Shown: positions 1 through 9,263 of the stretch, in pieces
How positions within the stretch are numbered: the stretch's first letter is position 1
Layout of the letters: every line of letters begins with the position of its first letter
Assembly: GCF_013004595.1 (NCBI RefSeq)
Contig: NZ_JABEMC010000011.1
Location: forward strand, 1 to 64,000
From: Brevibacterium luteolum
Lineage (GTDB): Bacteria; Actinomycetota; Actinomycetes; Actinomycetales; Brevibacteriaceae
Direction of reading: 5' to 3'
Length of the DNA stretch: 64,000 bases
Notes under the pieces: generated by a model
What the model was told of the DNA's origin: nothing
Database searches by the model: none
Seen by the model: only the letters and a program-made list of their open reading frames with translations
Made by a program: the position numbers and the translations under genes

Positions 1-241
1 GTGACTCCTCGGGATCACGGGAGGGCTCGAGGCCGTGCTCGCGCAGGCGGGAGTCACGGACCCAGGCCTGAAGGGCTGATTTCGAGATCCCGAGGTCAGC
101 ACAGACCTGCTTCTGGGTCATTCCGTCGCCTACGAGATCGAGCGCTGATTGCTTGAACTCATCGGTGTAGATCTTGGGCATGACTTCTATCCTTCCTGGA
201 ATTTATCCAGTCGTGAAGTCAACCAAACCTTCAGCAGTCCC
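1..241 (-). mobile_element. IS3-family element A, left end plus start of orfA (ATG at 181); runs off the window edge
   Basis: Minus-strand translation from 181: MPKIYTDEFKQSALDLVGDGMTQKQVCADLGISKSALQAWVR, a typical IS3 OrfA HTH. Upstream GGACTGCTGAAGGTTTGGTTGAC resembles an IS3 terminal IR. The exact end (233-243) is uncertain. Confidence 0.85.
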
Positions 242-455
242 TCCTGTGCTTACGCACCCAGACTCGCAAGGTCTCTTTGCTAAGGCCGAGTTCGTTCGCG
301 ACACGGGTGATGGCTCCGTTCGCGGTCTCCGGATCGGCCTGAGCATGGATGACAAGCTCTACGGCACGAGCCTTAAGTTCGTCGGTGTATTTCACTGGCA
401 AGAGAGAATCTCCTTCTTCCAATCTCCCTGCCTCTATTATCCCCGGGGCGATTCA
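242..455 (-). mobile_element. IS3-family element B, left end with orfA (TTG at 401) truncated by element A
   Basis: Terminal TGAATCGCCCCGGGG starts at 455 (minus), SD GAAGGAG, then MPVKYTDELKARAVELV...ITRVANELGLSKETLRVWVRKH, which breaks off at about 243. Confidence 0.88.
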
Positions 456-792
456 CAGGTCTCGACGGTGGGTTGCGAGTGCGGATCGGCACGGTTCCAT
501 TCCTGCTGGACATCCCGGCAGCACTTTGCAGACCAGGGCGTTGCAGGGGCACGTGAATCTGCATGGTGGCGATCTGATGGAGCTCGTTCGAGAACGACGC
601 ACGTCAAAGGTCTTTGCCCACAGATCCTTACGGATGCGACCTATACTCCTGTTGAGACGTCCATGATCACAGTGCCGTGCCACCAGTCGCGCGTTGTCGT
701 AGGGGACTTAACGCTGCCGGGAACGATGCCTGAGGCCGGCCACACTGAACGCCGCGCCTCCCCTGCGCGTGCTGAGGAGCTAAGCACATCTC

Positions 793-2352
793 ATGACCCC
801 GTCGTCACGTCACCGGTCGCGCATAACCATCGGGGCCGCATCGATCATCGCCCTAGCGCTGACAGGCTGCACGGATGGCGAGGACAGCGCATCAGTGGAG
901 CTGAGGGAATATGTGAGCCGCCCGGACCTCACCGCCCCGCCTATCGAGGGTGAGCCTCTCGATCTGAGCGTCAATGGTATCGACCAGTATGTCTTCCTCG
1001 GCCCGAAGTCACAGGAGACAGGCATCTGGTCCGGCCGGCTCATCGTCGACGGCGCCGGGGAGCCCGTATGGATCGAGGAAGATTCCGACCCGGACGGCGA
1101 CACCGCAGGGTGGGATCTGCGCGTCCAGGACTACCAGGGCCAGGAAGTCCTCACGTGGTGGGAGGGAACGGTCGATACCCCGCTGGCCGAAGGAGAGGTT
1201 GTCATTCTCGATGACTCGTATGAGCAGATCGCCCGTGTGGGCACCGGCGGGGACCTGCCGCATCGCATGGTCGATCTCCATGAGACGACGGTGACGGAGG
1301 AGGGCACGCTGCTGGTGCTCGCCTATGTTCCGAAGCAGACTGATCTCACCGCGTTCGGAGGTGAGACGGACGGCTGAGTCTGGGACGGCGTCGTTCAGGA
1401 GATCGACCTCGAAACCGGCGAGGTCCTGTTCGACTGGAGCTCACTCGACCATATCCCCGTCACCGAAACCCAGCGCGAGTTCGAAGACGACGCGGGAACC
1501 GAGGAGAAGCCCTTCGACTACTTCCACGGCAATTCCGCCACCGTCGATGACGACGGTTCGCTGCTGGTGAATGCGCGCAACACACACGCCTTCTACAACC
1601 TCGACAGGGAATCCGGCGAGGTGAACTGGACAGCCGGCGGGCCTGAGTCCGACTTCGAGCTTGGTGACGGCGTTTACTTCGCATGGCAGCATGACATCGA
1701 ACGTCAGGCTGACGGCTCGATCACGATGTTCGACAACCAGTCAGCACCCACACGCGGTGACTCTTCGCGCGGGCTGCGCCTCGACGTCGACACCGACGAG
1801 ATGACCATCGAGATCATCACCGAGTATCTGCCGCCAGTTGATCGGATCGCAGCCAACCAGGGCTCGTTCCAGGAGCTGGCCAACGGACGCGTCGTGCTGG
1901 GCTGGGGTGCCCTACCGTCATGGACGCTGTACGCCCAGGACGGGGAGGTTCTCGGCGACTGGACCGTGGCAGCTGACTCGAACTATCGCGCGTACTTCCA
2001 CGAGTGGACGGCGACACCCACGGCACCGCCCGCAGCCGTCGCGCGGACAGAGGATGGCGTCACGAGTGTCTATGTCAGCTGGAACGGTGCGACAGAAGTC
2101 GAGTCATGGCGCGTGCTGGTCGGTGCCGATTCGTCCACGCTTTCCGAGGTCGCCACCAGTGAGCGCACTGGCTTTGAGACGGCGATCGAACTGCCGGAGG
2201 GCGCGGACGGAAACGGCGACGATGATGCTGATGAGGGCTCGGGGGAGTCACCGCAGTCGTTCGAACACATCGTTGTCGAAGCACTCAATGCCGACGGTGA
2301 CCCGATCGGCAGCGCGGCAGTCCAGCCCGAGGGCGAAGGACTGGCACAGTAG
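793..2352 (+). pseudogene. Arylsulfotransferase (ASST)-family lipoprotein interrupted by an in-frame TGA at 1375-1377
   Basis: Lipobox ALALTGC and motifs SRPDLTAP, DLHE, PFDYFHGNS, WQHD, FDN, NQGS. The ORFs 793-1377 and 1567-2352 are in the same frame, and the sequence between reads DG*VWDGVVQEIDLETGEVLFDWSSLDH. Confidence 0.85.
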
Positions 2353-2384
2353 ACGGAAGACCAGCCGTGAGCTGGAGGTGCGGT

Positions 2385-2861
2385 GTGAAGTGGAAAGGGC
2401 CAGCAGCGCTGTTCAGCGCGTGGCTCCTGCACGATGTCGAGGAAGCACTCGCGTTTCCGGCGACCTGTGAGCGCCTTGCCGCTCAGACTGGAATCCAGCA
2501 GCTGCGTATGACCCCGCGCCAGTCTTAGATCGCTGTTGGTCTCATGGGGCTGCTGGCACCGGCGGCATGCGCACGAGGAGTTGCAGAATCGGGTGATTCT
2601 CGCTTCTACCGGGCGGTCGCTGCTGGGCTCGAAGCCCACGTGGGAACACATCTGCTCGCATCAATCCTCCAGCGCGGATACACCGCAGGTGTGGTCTCAG
2701 CCGTGTTGGTGATGTTGCCGGGAACAGTCAACGCTCGCAGGGAGTTGGCACGCTGCGGCCTCGACATCAGCGTGCGAGACACAGCAGCAGGCATCGCGAT
2801 CCTGGTGCCAGCAGCTACCGCTTGCCACGTCCTCGCCCGGTTCGCAGATTCGAGGAAGTGA
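2385..2861 (+). pseudogene. HXXEE-domain membrane protein interrupted by an in-frame TAG at 2526-2528
   Basis: SD GGAGG + GTG 2385 gives MKWKGPAALFSAWLLHDVEE (HXXEE motif)...MTPRQS*IAVGLMGLL...GYTAGVVSAV, all in one frame. Confidence 0.8.
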
Positions 2862-2971
2862 TCTCCTTCTGCGCAACACTGTGACCGGTGCTCTCAGCCA
2901 CCCGGCCACCGCATCGCTGAGATAGGGTTGAAGATGCTGACGGATACTGCATTTCTCTACAGGAGGCAGCG

Positions 2972-3412
2972 ATGAGCTTCAATGTCTATCTTTCCGGCGA
3001 GATCCACACTGACTGGCGGGACGAGATCGAACGAGGTGCCGAGGCCGCCGGTCTGGACGTCGTGTTCACCGCACCGGTGACCGATCACCCCGCAAGCGAT
3101 GCAGCCGGCGACCATCTGGGTGAGACGCCCAGCCAGTTCTGGCGCGATCACCAGTCAGCCAAGGTCAATGCCATCCGCACCCGCACCCTCATCGAGAACA
3201 GCGATATGGTCGTTGTGCGCTTCGGCGACAAGTACAAGCAGTGGAACGCCGCCTTCGAAGCCGGGTACTGTGCGGCGCTGGGCACCCCGTACATCACCTT
3301 GCACGACGAAGACACCGTCCATGCGCTCAAGGAAGTGGACGCCGGTGCCCAAGCCTGGTGCAAGACGACTGATCAGGTCGTCGAGACTCTGCGCTACGTG
3401 CTCAACGCCTAA
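2972..3412 (+). CDS. YtoQ-family protein (nucleoside 2-deoxyribosyltransferase-like fold)
   Basis: VYLSGEIHTDWR...VVRFGDKYKQWNAAF...LKEVDA signature; SD AGGAGG. Confidence 0.9.
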   Translation: MSFNVYLSGEIHTDWRDEIERGAEAAGLDVVFTAPVTDHPASDAAGDHLGETPSQFWRDHQSAKVNAIRTRTLIENSDMVVVRFGDKYKQWNAAFEAGYCAALGTPYITLHDEDTVHALKEVDAGAQAWCKTTDQVVETLRYVLNA

Positions 3413-3599
3413 GAGCTCTATCACAGCGGTTGGGGCGGGCTTTCACTCGCCCGAGGCGTGGAGGTGAGGACATGGTCCTCACTGAAACCGAATCCGGTTT
3501 CGCGGTCTATCCGTCTGTCGATCGCGCCAGCTTCCCCGTTCGCTGCCCCGAGGCTCCTGCTAGCGTCGCCCGTGGGAAGCGGCGCCGGCAGGTCTGTTC

Positions 3600-4169
3600 T
3601 CAGACCGTAGTTCTGATCGCCTCGGCTAGGCCGGAGTACTGCACGGCCTGACCAGCGTGCCGTTCGAGCGTCGGCAGGCTGATAGACGAATAGCCGAGCT
3701 TCCGCAGGATGCGGCGGGGCAGTACGTAGAACTTCCATTGCGAGACGGCGAGCGCGTCGTACTCTTCGTGCGTCTGTGCAGTGTGCACTGCGAACACGTA
3801 GATATCGGCGTTGTATGTCTGTTCGCGACTCAGACCGGAGGCGGTGTCCCAAATGCGTCGTTTCAAGCCGCTGAAGCTGATGCGTGAGATTGTGCGCTGT
3901 TCCCATGCCTGGACATAGGCGGATGTTTTGACTTCGATTGTGGTTCCCTCAGGTGTGACCACATCGTAGGCGTCCCACTCGATTCGAGATCCGACAGCGC
4001 CGACCGCGCGAGAGACGAGGAACTCGGCGATGTATCCGCGCACGTTGTTCACCCTCAAGTTCGACAGCGCGTATCGCCAGAAGTCGAGAACCGTTGCATC
4101 GATTCCGTCGAATGGTTCGTCTCCTCGCAGAGGAGCCGGCTGCGGTGGCTGCAGTGCAAAGTCCGTCAT
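3600..4169 (-). CDS. Hypothetical protein with PD-(D/E)xK restriction-endonuclease-like motifs
   Basis: RGYIAEFLV (E-helix), YDV, IEVKTSAY, DIYVF pattern. Confidence 0.65.
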   Translation of the reverse strand: MTDFALQPPQPAPLRGDEPFDGIDATVLDFWRYALSNLRVNNVRGYIAEFLVSRAVGAVGSRIEWDAYDVVTPEGTTIEVKTSAYVQAWEQRTISRISFSGLKRRIWDTASGLSREQTYNADIYVFAVHTAQTHEEYDALAVSQWKFYVLPRRILRKLGYSSISLPTLERHAGQAVQYSGLAEAIRTTV

Positions 4170-4225
4170 GATGCCATTATCGGATTTCTGCCGGCGCGGA
4201 AGGGCGATCGCGCCGAATCAGAAGC

Positions 4226-5152
4226 TTATGCGCTCTTCGCCGAATCCGACTTCTTCTTCGAAGACTTCTTCCCGCCCGACTTCTTTTCGTCTGATTTCTT
4301 GCCACCGGCCTTCTTGCCGCTCGAGGACCCGCCCGACTTCTGCTTCGACCCGTCGCGCCTGCGGTCCAGCGAGGATTTCAGCGCCTCCATCAGATCGACG
4401 ACGTCCGCGTCATCGCCGTCGGCCTCACCGGCTTCGTCAGGTGTCTCACCGAAGGTCGCCTCGGTGTCGAGGGTGTCACCGGCTTCCAGCTTGGCGTCGA
4501 TGAGCTTGCGCAGCTCGACCTGGTAGTCGTCCTCGAACTCCTCGGGGGTGAAGTCCGAGGCGAACTGCTCGACCAGAGCGCCGGCGAGCTCCTTCTCCTT
4601 GCTGCTGATCTTCGCCTTCGACTTCACGCCTTTGAAGTCGACGCTGCGGACCTCATCGGCCCACAGCATGCCCTGCAGCACGAGCACCTTCCCGCGCACT
4701 CGCAAGACACCCAGCCGGGTCTTCTGCCGCAGCGAATACGTCACCACCGCGGTCCGGTCACTGTCCTCCAGCGCCTGGCGCAGCAGCAGATACGACTTCG
4801 GCGACTTCGCTGCAGGCTCCAGGTAGTAGGTGCGGTCGAGCATGATCGGATCGATCTGCTCGGTCGGGACGAACTGCACGACCTCGATCTCGTCGTTGTC
4901 ACTCTCCGGCAGCGCCTCGAAGTCATCATCAGTGACGATGACGGTGTCGTCACCGGACTCGTAGGCCTTGTCGATGTCCTTGTACTCGACCTTCTCACCG
5001 CAGACCTCGCAGCGCCGCTCATAGCGGATCCGCCCGCCATCGGCGTCGTGGACCTGGTGGAAGGACACGTCGTGATTCTCCGTGGCGCTGTAGGCCTTGA
5101 CGGGAACGTTCACGAGCCCGAAGGTGATGGCGCCGGTCCATATTGCTCGCAT
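4226..5152 (-). CDS. ku: Non-homologous end-joining protein Ku
   Basis: MRAIWTGAITFGLVNVPVKAYSAT...DGGRIRYERRCEVCG...VVDLMEALKSSL plus a Lys-rich tail. The start was moved from the ORF-track 5548 to ATG 5152. Confidence 0.97.
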   Translation of the reverse strand: MRAIWTGAITFGLVNVPVKAYSATENHDVSFHQVHDADGGRIRYERRCEVCGEKVEYKDIDKAYESGDDTVIVTDDDFEALPESDNDEIEVVQFVPTEQIDPIMLDRTYYLEPAAKSPKSYLLLRQALEDSDRTAVVTYSLRQKTRLGVLRVRGKVLVLQGMLWADEVRSVDFKGVKSKAKISSKEKELAGALVEQFASDFTPEEFEDDYQVELRKLIDAKLEAGDTLDTEATFGETPDEAGEADGDDADVVDLMEALKSSLDRRRDGSKQKSGGSSSGKKAGGKKSDEKKSGGKKSSKKKSDSAKSA

Positions 5153-5180
5153 AGCATGGATTCTACGCAGAAAGGGACCA
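5152..5180. promoter_or_regulatory. Overlapping divergent ku/ligD promoters
   Basis: Minus strand TAGAAT-N7-ATG (leaderless ku). Plus strand TAGCAT at 5152-5157, then SD AAAGGGA before ligD ATG 5183. Confidence 0.6.
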
Positions 5181-5182
5181 CG

Positions 5183-7612
5183 ATGGCGCCAGCTCGCAAG
5201 AAGTTCCAGGTCGGAGACCGCACGCTCACCGTCTCCAATCTCGACAAGGTCCTCTACCCGGAGACCGGCACCACGAAGGCCGACGTCATCCGCTATTACC
5301 TCACCGTCGCTGACGTCCTCATCCCGCAGATCACCGGCCGGCCGGTCACCCGCAAACGCTGGGTTGACGGGGTCGGCACCGCCGCCGAGGCGGGACATGC
5401 CTTCTTCCGCAAAGACTTGGAGGACTCGGCCCCGGACTGGATCCCCACCGGCACGATCAAGCACAAGAGCGGCACCAACACCTATCCGGTGGCCGAGGAA
5501 CCGGCCGTACTTGCGTGGTTCGGCCAGGTCGCAGCCCTCGAGCTGCACACCCCGCAGTGGCGCTTCGGCCGCAACGGCCAGCCGCGCAACCCCGACCGCC
5601 TCGTCCTCGACCTCGACCCCGGCCCGGGAACCGACCTCACCGACTGCGCCACCGTCGCCGCCTGGTGCCGGGAGATCCTCGAGGACATGGGCATGCCGAC
5701 CTACCCGGTGACCTCAGGTTCGAAGGGCATCCACCTCTACGCCGCTCTTGACGGTCGGCACAACTCCGAGCAGATCTCCGACGTCGCCCACGAACTCGCC
5801 CGCGCACTCGAAGCTGACCACCCCGATGAGGTCGTCTCGACGATGAAGAAGACCGACCGCACCGGCAGGGTCTTCCTCGACTGGAGTCAGAACAGCGCCT
5901 CGAAGACCACTGTGAGCCCCTACTCGCTGCGCGGTCGTCTGCGCCCCACCGTCGCCGCCCCGCGCACTTGGGATGAACTGGCCGACCCGGACCTTGCGCA
6001 GCTGGAGTTCGAGGACGTCATCGCACGCGTTGAGGAGGGTCTGGACCCAATTGCGGACCTCGGTGCTGACCGGTTGGAGACCTACCGGTCGATGCGCGAC
6101 GCCGCCAAGACCAGCGAACCGGTTCCGGCACACAGGCCAGCCGACACCTCGAAAGTGGAGGCCCCGAGCTTCGTCATCCAGGAGCACCACGCCAGCAGCC
6201 TGCACTGGGACTTCCGGCTGGAGCACTCCGGAGTGCTCGTCAGCTGGGCGGTGCCCAAGGGCGTGCCGCTGAAGCACAACGTCAACCGGTTGGCCGTCCA
6301 GACCGAGGACCACCCGCTCGAATACGGTAGCTTCGAGGGCACGATCGCCAAGGGCGAGTACGGCGCCGGAGAGGTCACCATCTGGGATGCCGGCACGTAT
6401 GAGCGCGAGAAATGGCGTGATGACAAGGAGATCATCGCCGTCCTCCACGGCCGCGAGGACGGCGGGCTCAAAGGCATCCCACGCCGGTTCGCACTCATCC
6501 GCACGAAGGGGATGGACGGGAAGAACACGTGGCTGCTGCAGCTGATGAAGGACCAGCCCGGCGACGGGAACGGTCCCGCGCCCGAGGCGGGGGAGCGCGG
6601 CGAGAAGGCGGCTCCTTCTGCAGGTGGCCAGGACTCCGGCGACGTTCCTGCGCTCAGCGACATCCCCGCCCCGATGCTCGCCCGCGCGGGCTCGGAGGCC
6701 GACATCCGCCTCGGGAAGGGTGCTGGCGAGACGTGGGTCGCGGAGATGAAATGGGACGGCTACCGGATGCTCGCCGGCGTCGGGACCGGGGGAGTGGTGC
6801 TCGCCAGCCGCAACGGCCAGGACATGACAGAGCAGTTCCCGCAGGCAGGCGAGCTCACTGAGTTGCTGGAGGGCACCGGGATCCTCGACGGGGAGCTCGT
6901 AGCGCTCGACGGGGACGGGAGGCCGGACTTCAGTCTGCTGCAGGCGATGCTCAGCGGCGAGGACGACGTGCCCGATGACGCTGAGCTGCGCTATATGGTC
7001 TTCGACATCCTCGCCCACAACGGCCGCTCGCTCATCCGCGAAACCTACCGGGCCCGCCGGAAGATCCTCGCCGAGGTGCTTGATGAAGGCGAGTACGTCA
7101 CCGTGCCGCCGGCGCATGAGGGTCCACTGGAGGCGGCGATCAGGGCCAGCCGGGCGCTCGGGCTCGAAGGGGTCGTCGCCAAGCGCGCCGATTCGGTCTA
7201 CCTGACCGGCCAGCGCGGCTCGGCGTGGATCAAGCTCAAAACGCAGCTGCACCAGGAGGTCATCGTCATCGGCGCCCGCGACGGGAAGGGCGCCAGGGCC
7301 GGCGGGATCGGTTCGCTGCTTGTCGCCGTACCTGATGATGACGGAGAGTTGCGCTACGCCGGGCGGGTCGGCACGGGATTCACCGACCGGCAGCTGGCTG
7401 AGATCGAGGCGAAGCTGCGGAAACTTGAGCGCAAGACCCCGCCGGTCGACGATGTGCCGACCGAAGACCAGGCTGATGCATGGTGGGTGAGGCCGACGCT
7501 CGTCGCCGAGGTGACGCTGGCCGGGCGGACACGGCAGGGCCGGGTCCGGCAGGCCGCCTGGCGCGGCTGGCGCGATGACAAGGATCCTGACGAGGTGCGG
7601 TGGGAGGTGTGA
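5183..7612 (+). CDS. ligD: LigD: polymerase/primase - 3'-phosphoesterase - ATP-dependent ligase
   Basis: Polymerase SNLDKVLYP, DLDPGP, SGSKGIH; phosphoesterase FVIQEHHAS.LHWDFRLE; ligase EMKWDGYR, LEGVVAKR, WIKLK. Confidence 0.97.
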   Translation: MAPARKKFQVGDRTLTVSNLDKVLYPETGTTKADVIRYYLTVADVLIPQITGRPVTRKRWVDGVGTAAEAGHAFFRKDLEDSAPDWIPTGTIKHKSGTNTYPVAEEPAVLAWFGQVAALELHTPQWRFGRNGQPRNPDRLVLDLDPGPGTDLTDCATVAAWCREILEDMGMPTYPVTSGSKGIHLYAALDGRHNSEQISDVAHELARALEADHPDEVVSTMKKTDRTGRVFLDWSQNSASKTTVSPYSLRGRLRPTVAAPRTWDELADPDLAQLEFEDVIARVEEGLDPIADLGADRLETYRSMRDAAKTSEPVPAHRPADTSKVEAPSFVIQEHHASSLHWDFRLEHSGVLVSWAVPKGVPLKHNVNRLAVQTEDHPLEYGSFEGTIAKGEYGAGEVTIWDAGTYEREKWRDDKEIIAVLHGREDGGLKGIPRRFALIRTKGMDGKNTWLLQLMKDQPGDGNGPAPEAGERGEKAAPSAGGQDSGDVPALSDIPAPMLARAGSEADIRLGKGAGETWVAEMKWDGYRMLAGVGTGGVVLASRNGQDMTEQFPQAGELTELLEGTGILDGELVALDGDGRPDFSLLQAMLSGEDDVPDDAELRYMVFDILAHNGRSLIRETYRARRKILAEVLDEGEYVTVPPAHEGPLEAAIRASRALGLEGVVAKRADSVYLTGQRGSAWIKLKTQLHQEVIVIGARDGKGARAGGIGSLLVAVPDDDGELRYAGRVGTGFTDRQLAEIEAKLRKLERKTPPVDDVPTEDQADAWWVRPTLVAEVTLAGRTRQGRVRQAAWRGWRDDKDPDEVRWEV

Positions 7613-7618
7613 CGCGTC

Positions 7619-8368
7619 GTGACGGAGCCGTGGGAAGCTGCAGTCTTCGCCGGTGTCGATCTCGCTGCCGAACCGGGCAGGACCGGATTCGCCCGACTGC
7701 AGCGCACACCTCAGGGCCGGGTGGTCGTGGAAGACGCCGGCTGCGGGCTCGATGATGAGGAGCTTATCGAGATGCTCAGTGGGGTCTCGAAGGCCGGCAT
7801 TGATGTGCCCTTCGGCTGGCCGGCGGGGTTCGTTGAATTCGTCGCAGATCATGCACTGCAGCAGCACGCGGCGCCTATGGCAGCAGATGTGCGGTGGCGC
7901 CGGGGGATGGTCCTGCGCCGGACGGATCAGCTGGTGCACCAGTGGTGCGGTCTCACGCCTTTGAGCGTGGCCGCCGATCGTATTGCGTACCCGGCGCTGC
8001 GCTGGGCTGCAGTCGAGGCGCGCCTGCGCGATCGTGGAATGGAATGCCAGCGCGATGGCGCTGGGCGGGTATGTGAGATGTACCCGGCAGCAGCGTTGAA
8101 GGTGTGGCAGCTTCCATTTCGCGGCTACAAGCGGGACGGGCGGTTGCGGGAGGACATCGTGACGGGGCTGATCGAGCGGTGTGCAGTTGACTGGAACGGA
8201 TACGATTCGGTCTGCATGTCTTCGGATGACGCTCTCGATGCGGTCATCTCTGCTTTGGTGGCCGTCGAGTCGGCAGACGGGCGCACGCGCGTGCCGACAG
8301 CAGCGGAGCAGAAAGATGCCCTGACAGAGGGGTGGATCCACGTTCCGTTTGGCACGGTGGCCGTGTGA
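7619..8368 (+). CDS. DUF429-domain protein (predicted RNase H-like nuclease fold)
   Basis: GVDLAA, GIDVPFGWP, R.TD, EMYPAAAL, DALDAV, EGWIHVP motifs. Confidence 0.85.
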   Translation: MTEPWEAAVFAGVDLAAEPGRTGFARLQRTPQGRVVVEDAGCGLDDEELIEMLSGVSKAGIDVPFGWPAGFVEFVADHALQQHAAPMAADVRWRRGMVLRRTDQLVHQWCGLTPLSVAADRIAYPALRWAAVEARLRDRGMECQRDGAGRVCEMYPAAALKVWQLPFRGYKRDGRLREDIVTGLIERCAVDWNGYDSVCMSSDDALDAVISALVAVESADGRTRVPTAAEQKDALTEGWIHVPFGTVAV

Positions 8369-8482
8369 GTGGTGCATGTACGGCACCGCAGTGTCACGAG
8401 CGAGTTTCAGTCCCGGAGGGTTGGTCGATGGTGCCGTTGGGTACTCGTGCCTCTGGTTCCACGTCGCCGAACATTTTGCTAC

Positions 8483-8498
8483 CGTGATGAACGTCACA
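8483..8498. promoter_or_regulatory. Putative CRP/GlxR-type site
   Basis: CGTGA-TGAACG-TCACA, one mismatch to TGTGA-N6-TCACA, in the intergenic region before 8655. Confidence 0.45.
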
Positions 8499-8654
8499 TG
8501 CGGATGGTGATACGTGCCTTCTGTTCTGAAGTATTAGTCAGGGTCTGCGGGACGGCGCGGCTCTGACTGGTCCTTGTCCACAGTTCCGTTTCGGCTATTC
8601 CTTCGCAGGTATGAGTGACCTAGTTTTGGTTTAACCCGAAGAGGAGTCGACAGG

Positions 8655-9263
8655 ATGCGGTTCACAGGACGAGGCGTAGTGATGGGTGCGTCGCTAGGCG
8701 CGTTGGTGCTGGTCGCTAGTGGCTGCGCCGGTGCCCAGGAAGAGGAGCCGACTCCCTCGTTTGCTTCGTCCACCGCCGATGCAGAGCCGAGCCCTGAGCT
8801 CACCGAGCCTCCGTACGAGACAGAGTTGAACCTAACGCCGGATGAGAAGAAGGCGGCGGACGAGGCTTACCAGGTGTTGGTTAGCTTCACAGCTGCGTAT
8901 AACACCGTCGCCACTTCGGGGTACGAGAATCAAGACGTTGCCCTTCGATATGCGGGAGGCAGCTTTCGCGAAGCTTATGAAGATGGTTTCGACGAAGCGA
9001 GAAGCAACGGCGAGACAGCAACAGGATCTGTTGTTCATAACTACCATTTACTTAGCGACTTGACCCTTGAAGATGACGGGGGCGGAGAGGCTCTCTTCGA
9101 GTCGTGCGTTGACTACAGCAAGTTTGACCTTTTGGACAGCGAAGGCGAGTCACTTAAGGCAGACGATCTAGAACCCTTCATTGCGGACTACTCTCTGCAA
9201 CGCGAGAACAACAAATGGTTGATCGTTCAGGCTGAACAATCTGGCTACGGGTGCGAGAAATGA
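8655..9263 (+). CDS. Hypothetical lipoprotein
   Basis: SD GAGGAG, lipobox LVASGC, Pro/Thr linker, CVDYS...WLI...C C-terminal domain; visibly more A/T-ending codons than its flanks. Confidence 0.8.
   Translation: MRFTGRGVVMGASLGALVLVASGCAGAQEEEPTPSFASSTADAEPSPELTEPPYETELNLTPDEKKAADEAYQVLVSFTAAYNTVATSGYENQDVALRYAGGSFREAYEDGFDEARSNGETATGSVVHNYHLLSDLTLEDDGGGEALFESCVDYSKFDLLDSEGESLKADDLEPFIADYSLQRENNKWLIVQAEQSGYGCEK

Noticed and set aside
174..953. 259-aa ORF spanning the IS ends
   Set aside because: It crosses two IS termini and the ASST start in another frame, with no recognisable domain.
1375..1377. Selenocysteine or genome-wide stop-codon reassignment explaining the in-frame TGA/TAG codons
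   Set aside because: The context suggests Trp rather than Cys, and both TGA and TAG end many intact genes in this window.
5714..8497. 927-aa minus-strand ORF, and similar long ORFs at 11409-12992, 46472-48331 and 59499-61565
   Set aside because: Antisense shadows of well-supported genes (ligD, DUF853, icd, opp). High GC3 removes stops on the opposite strand, and no motifs are recognisable.
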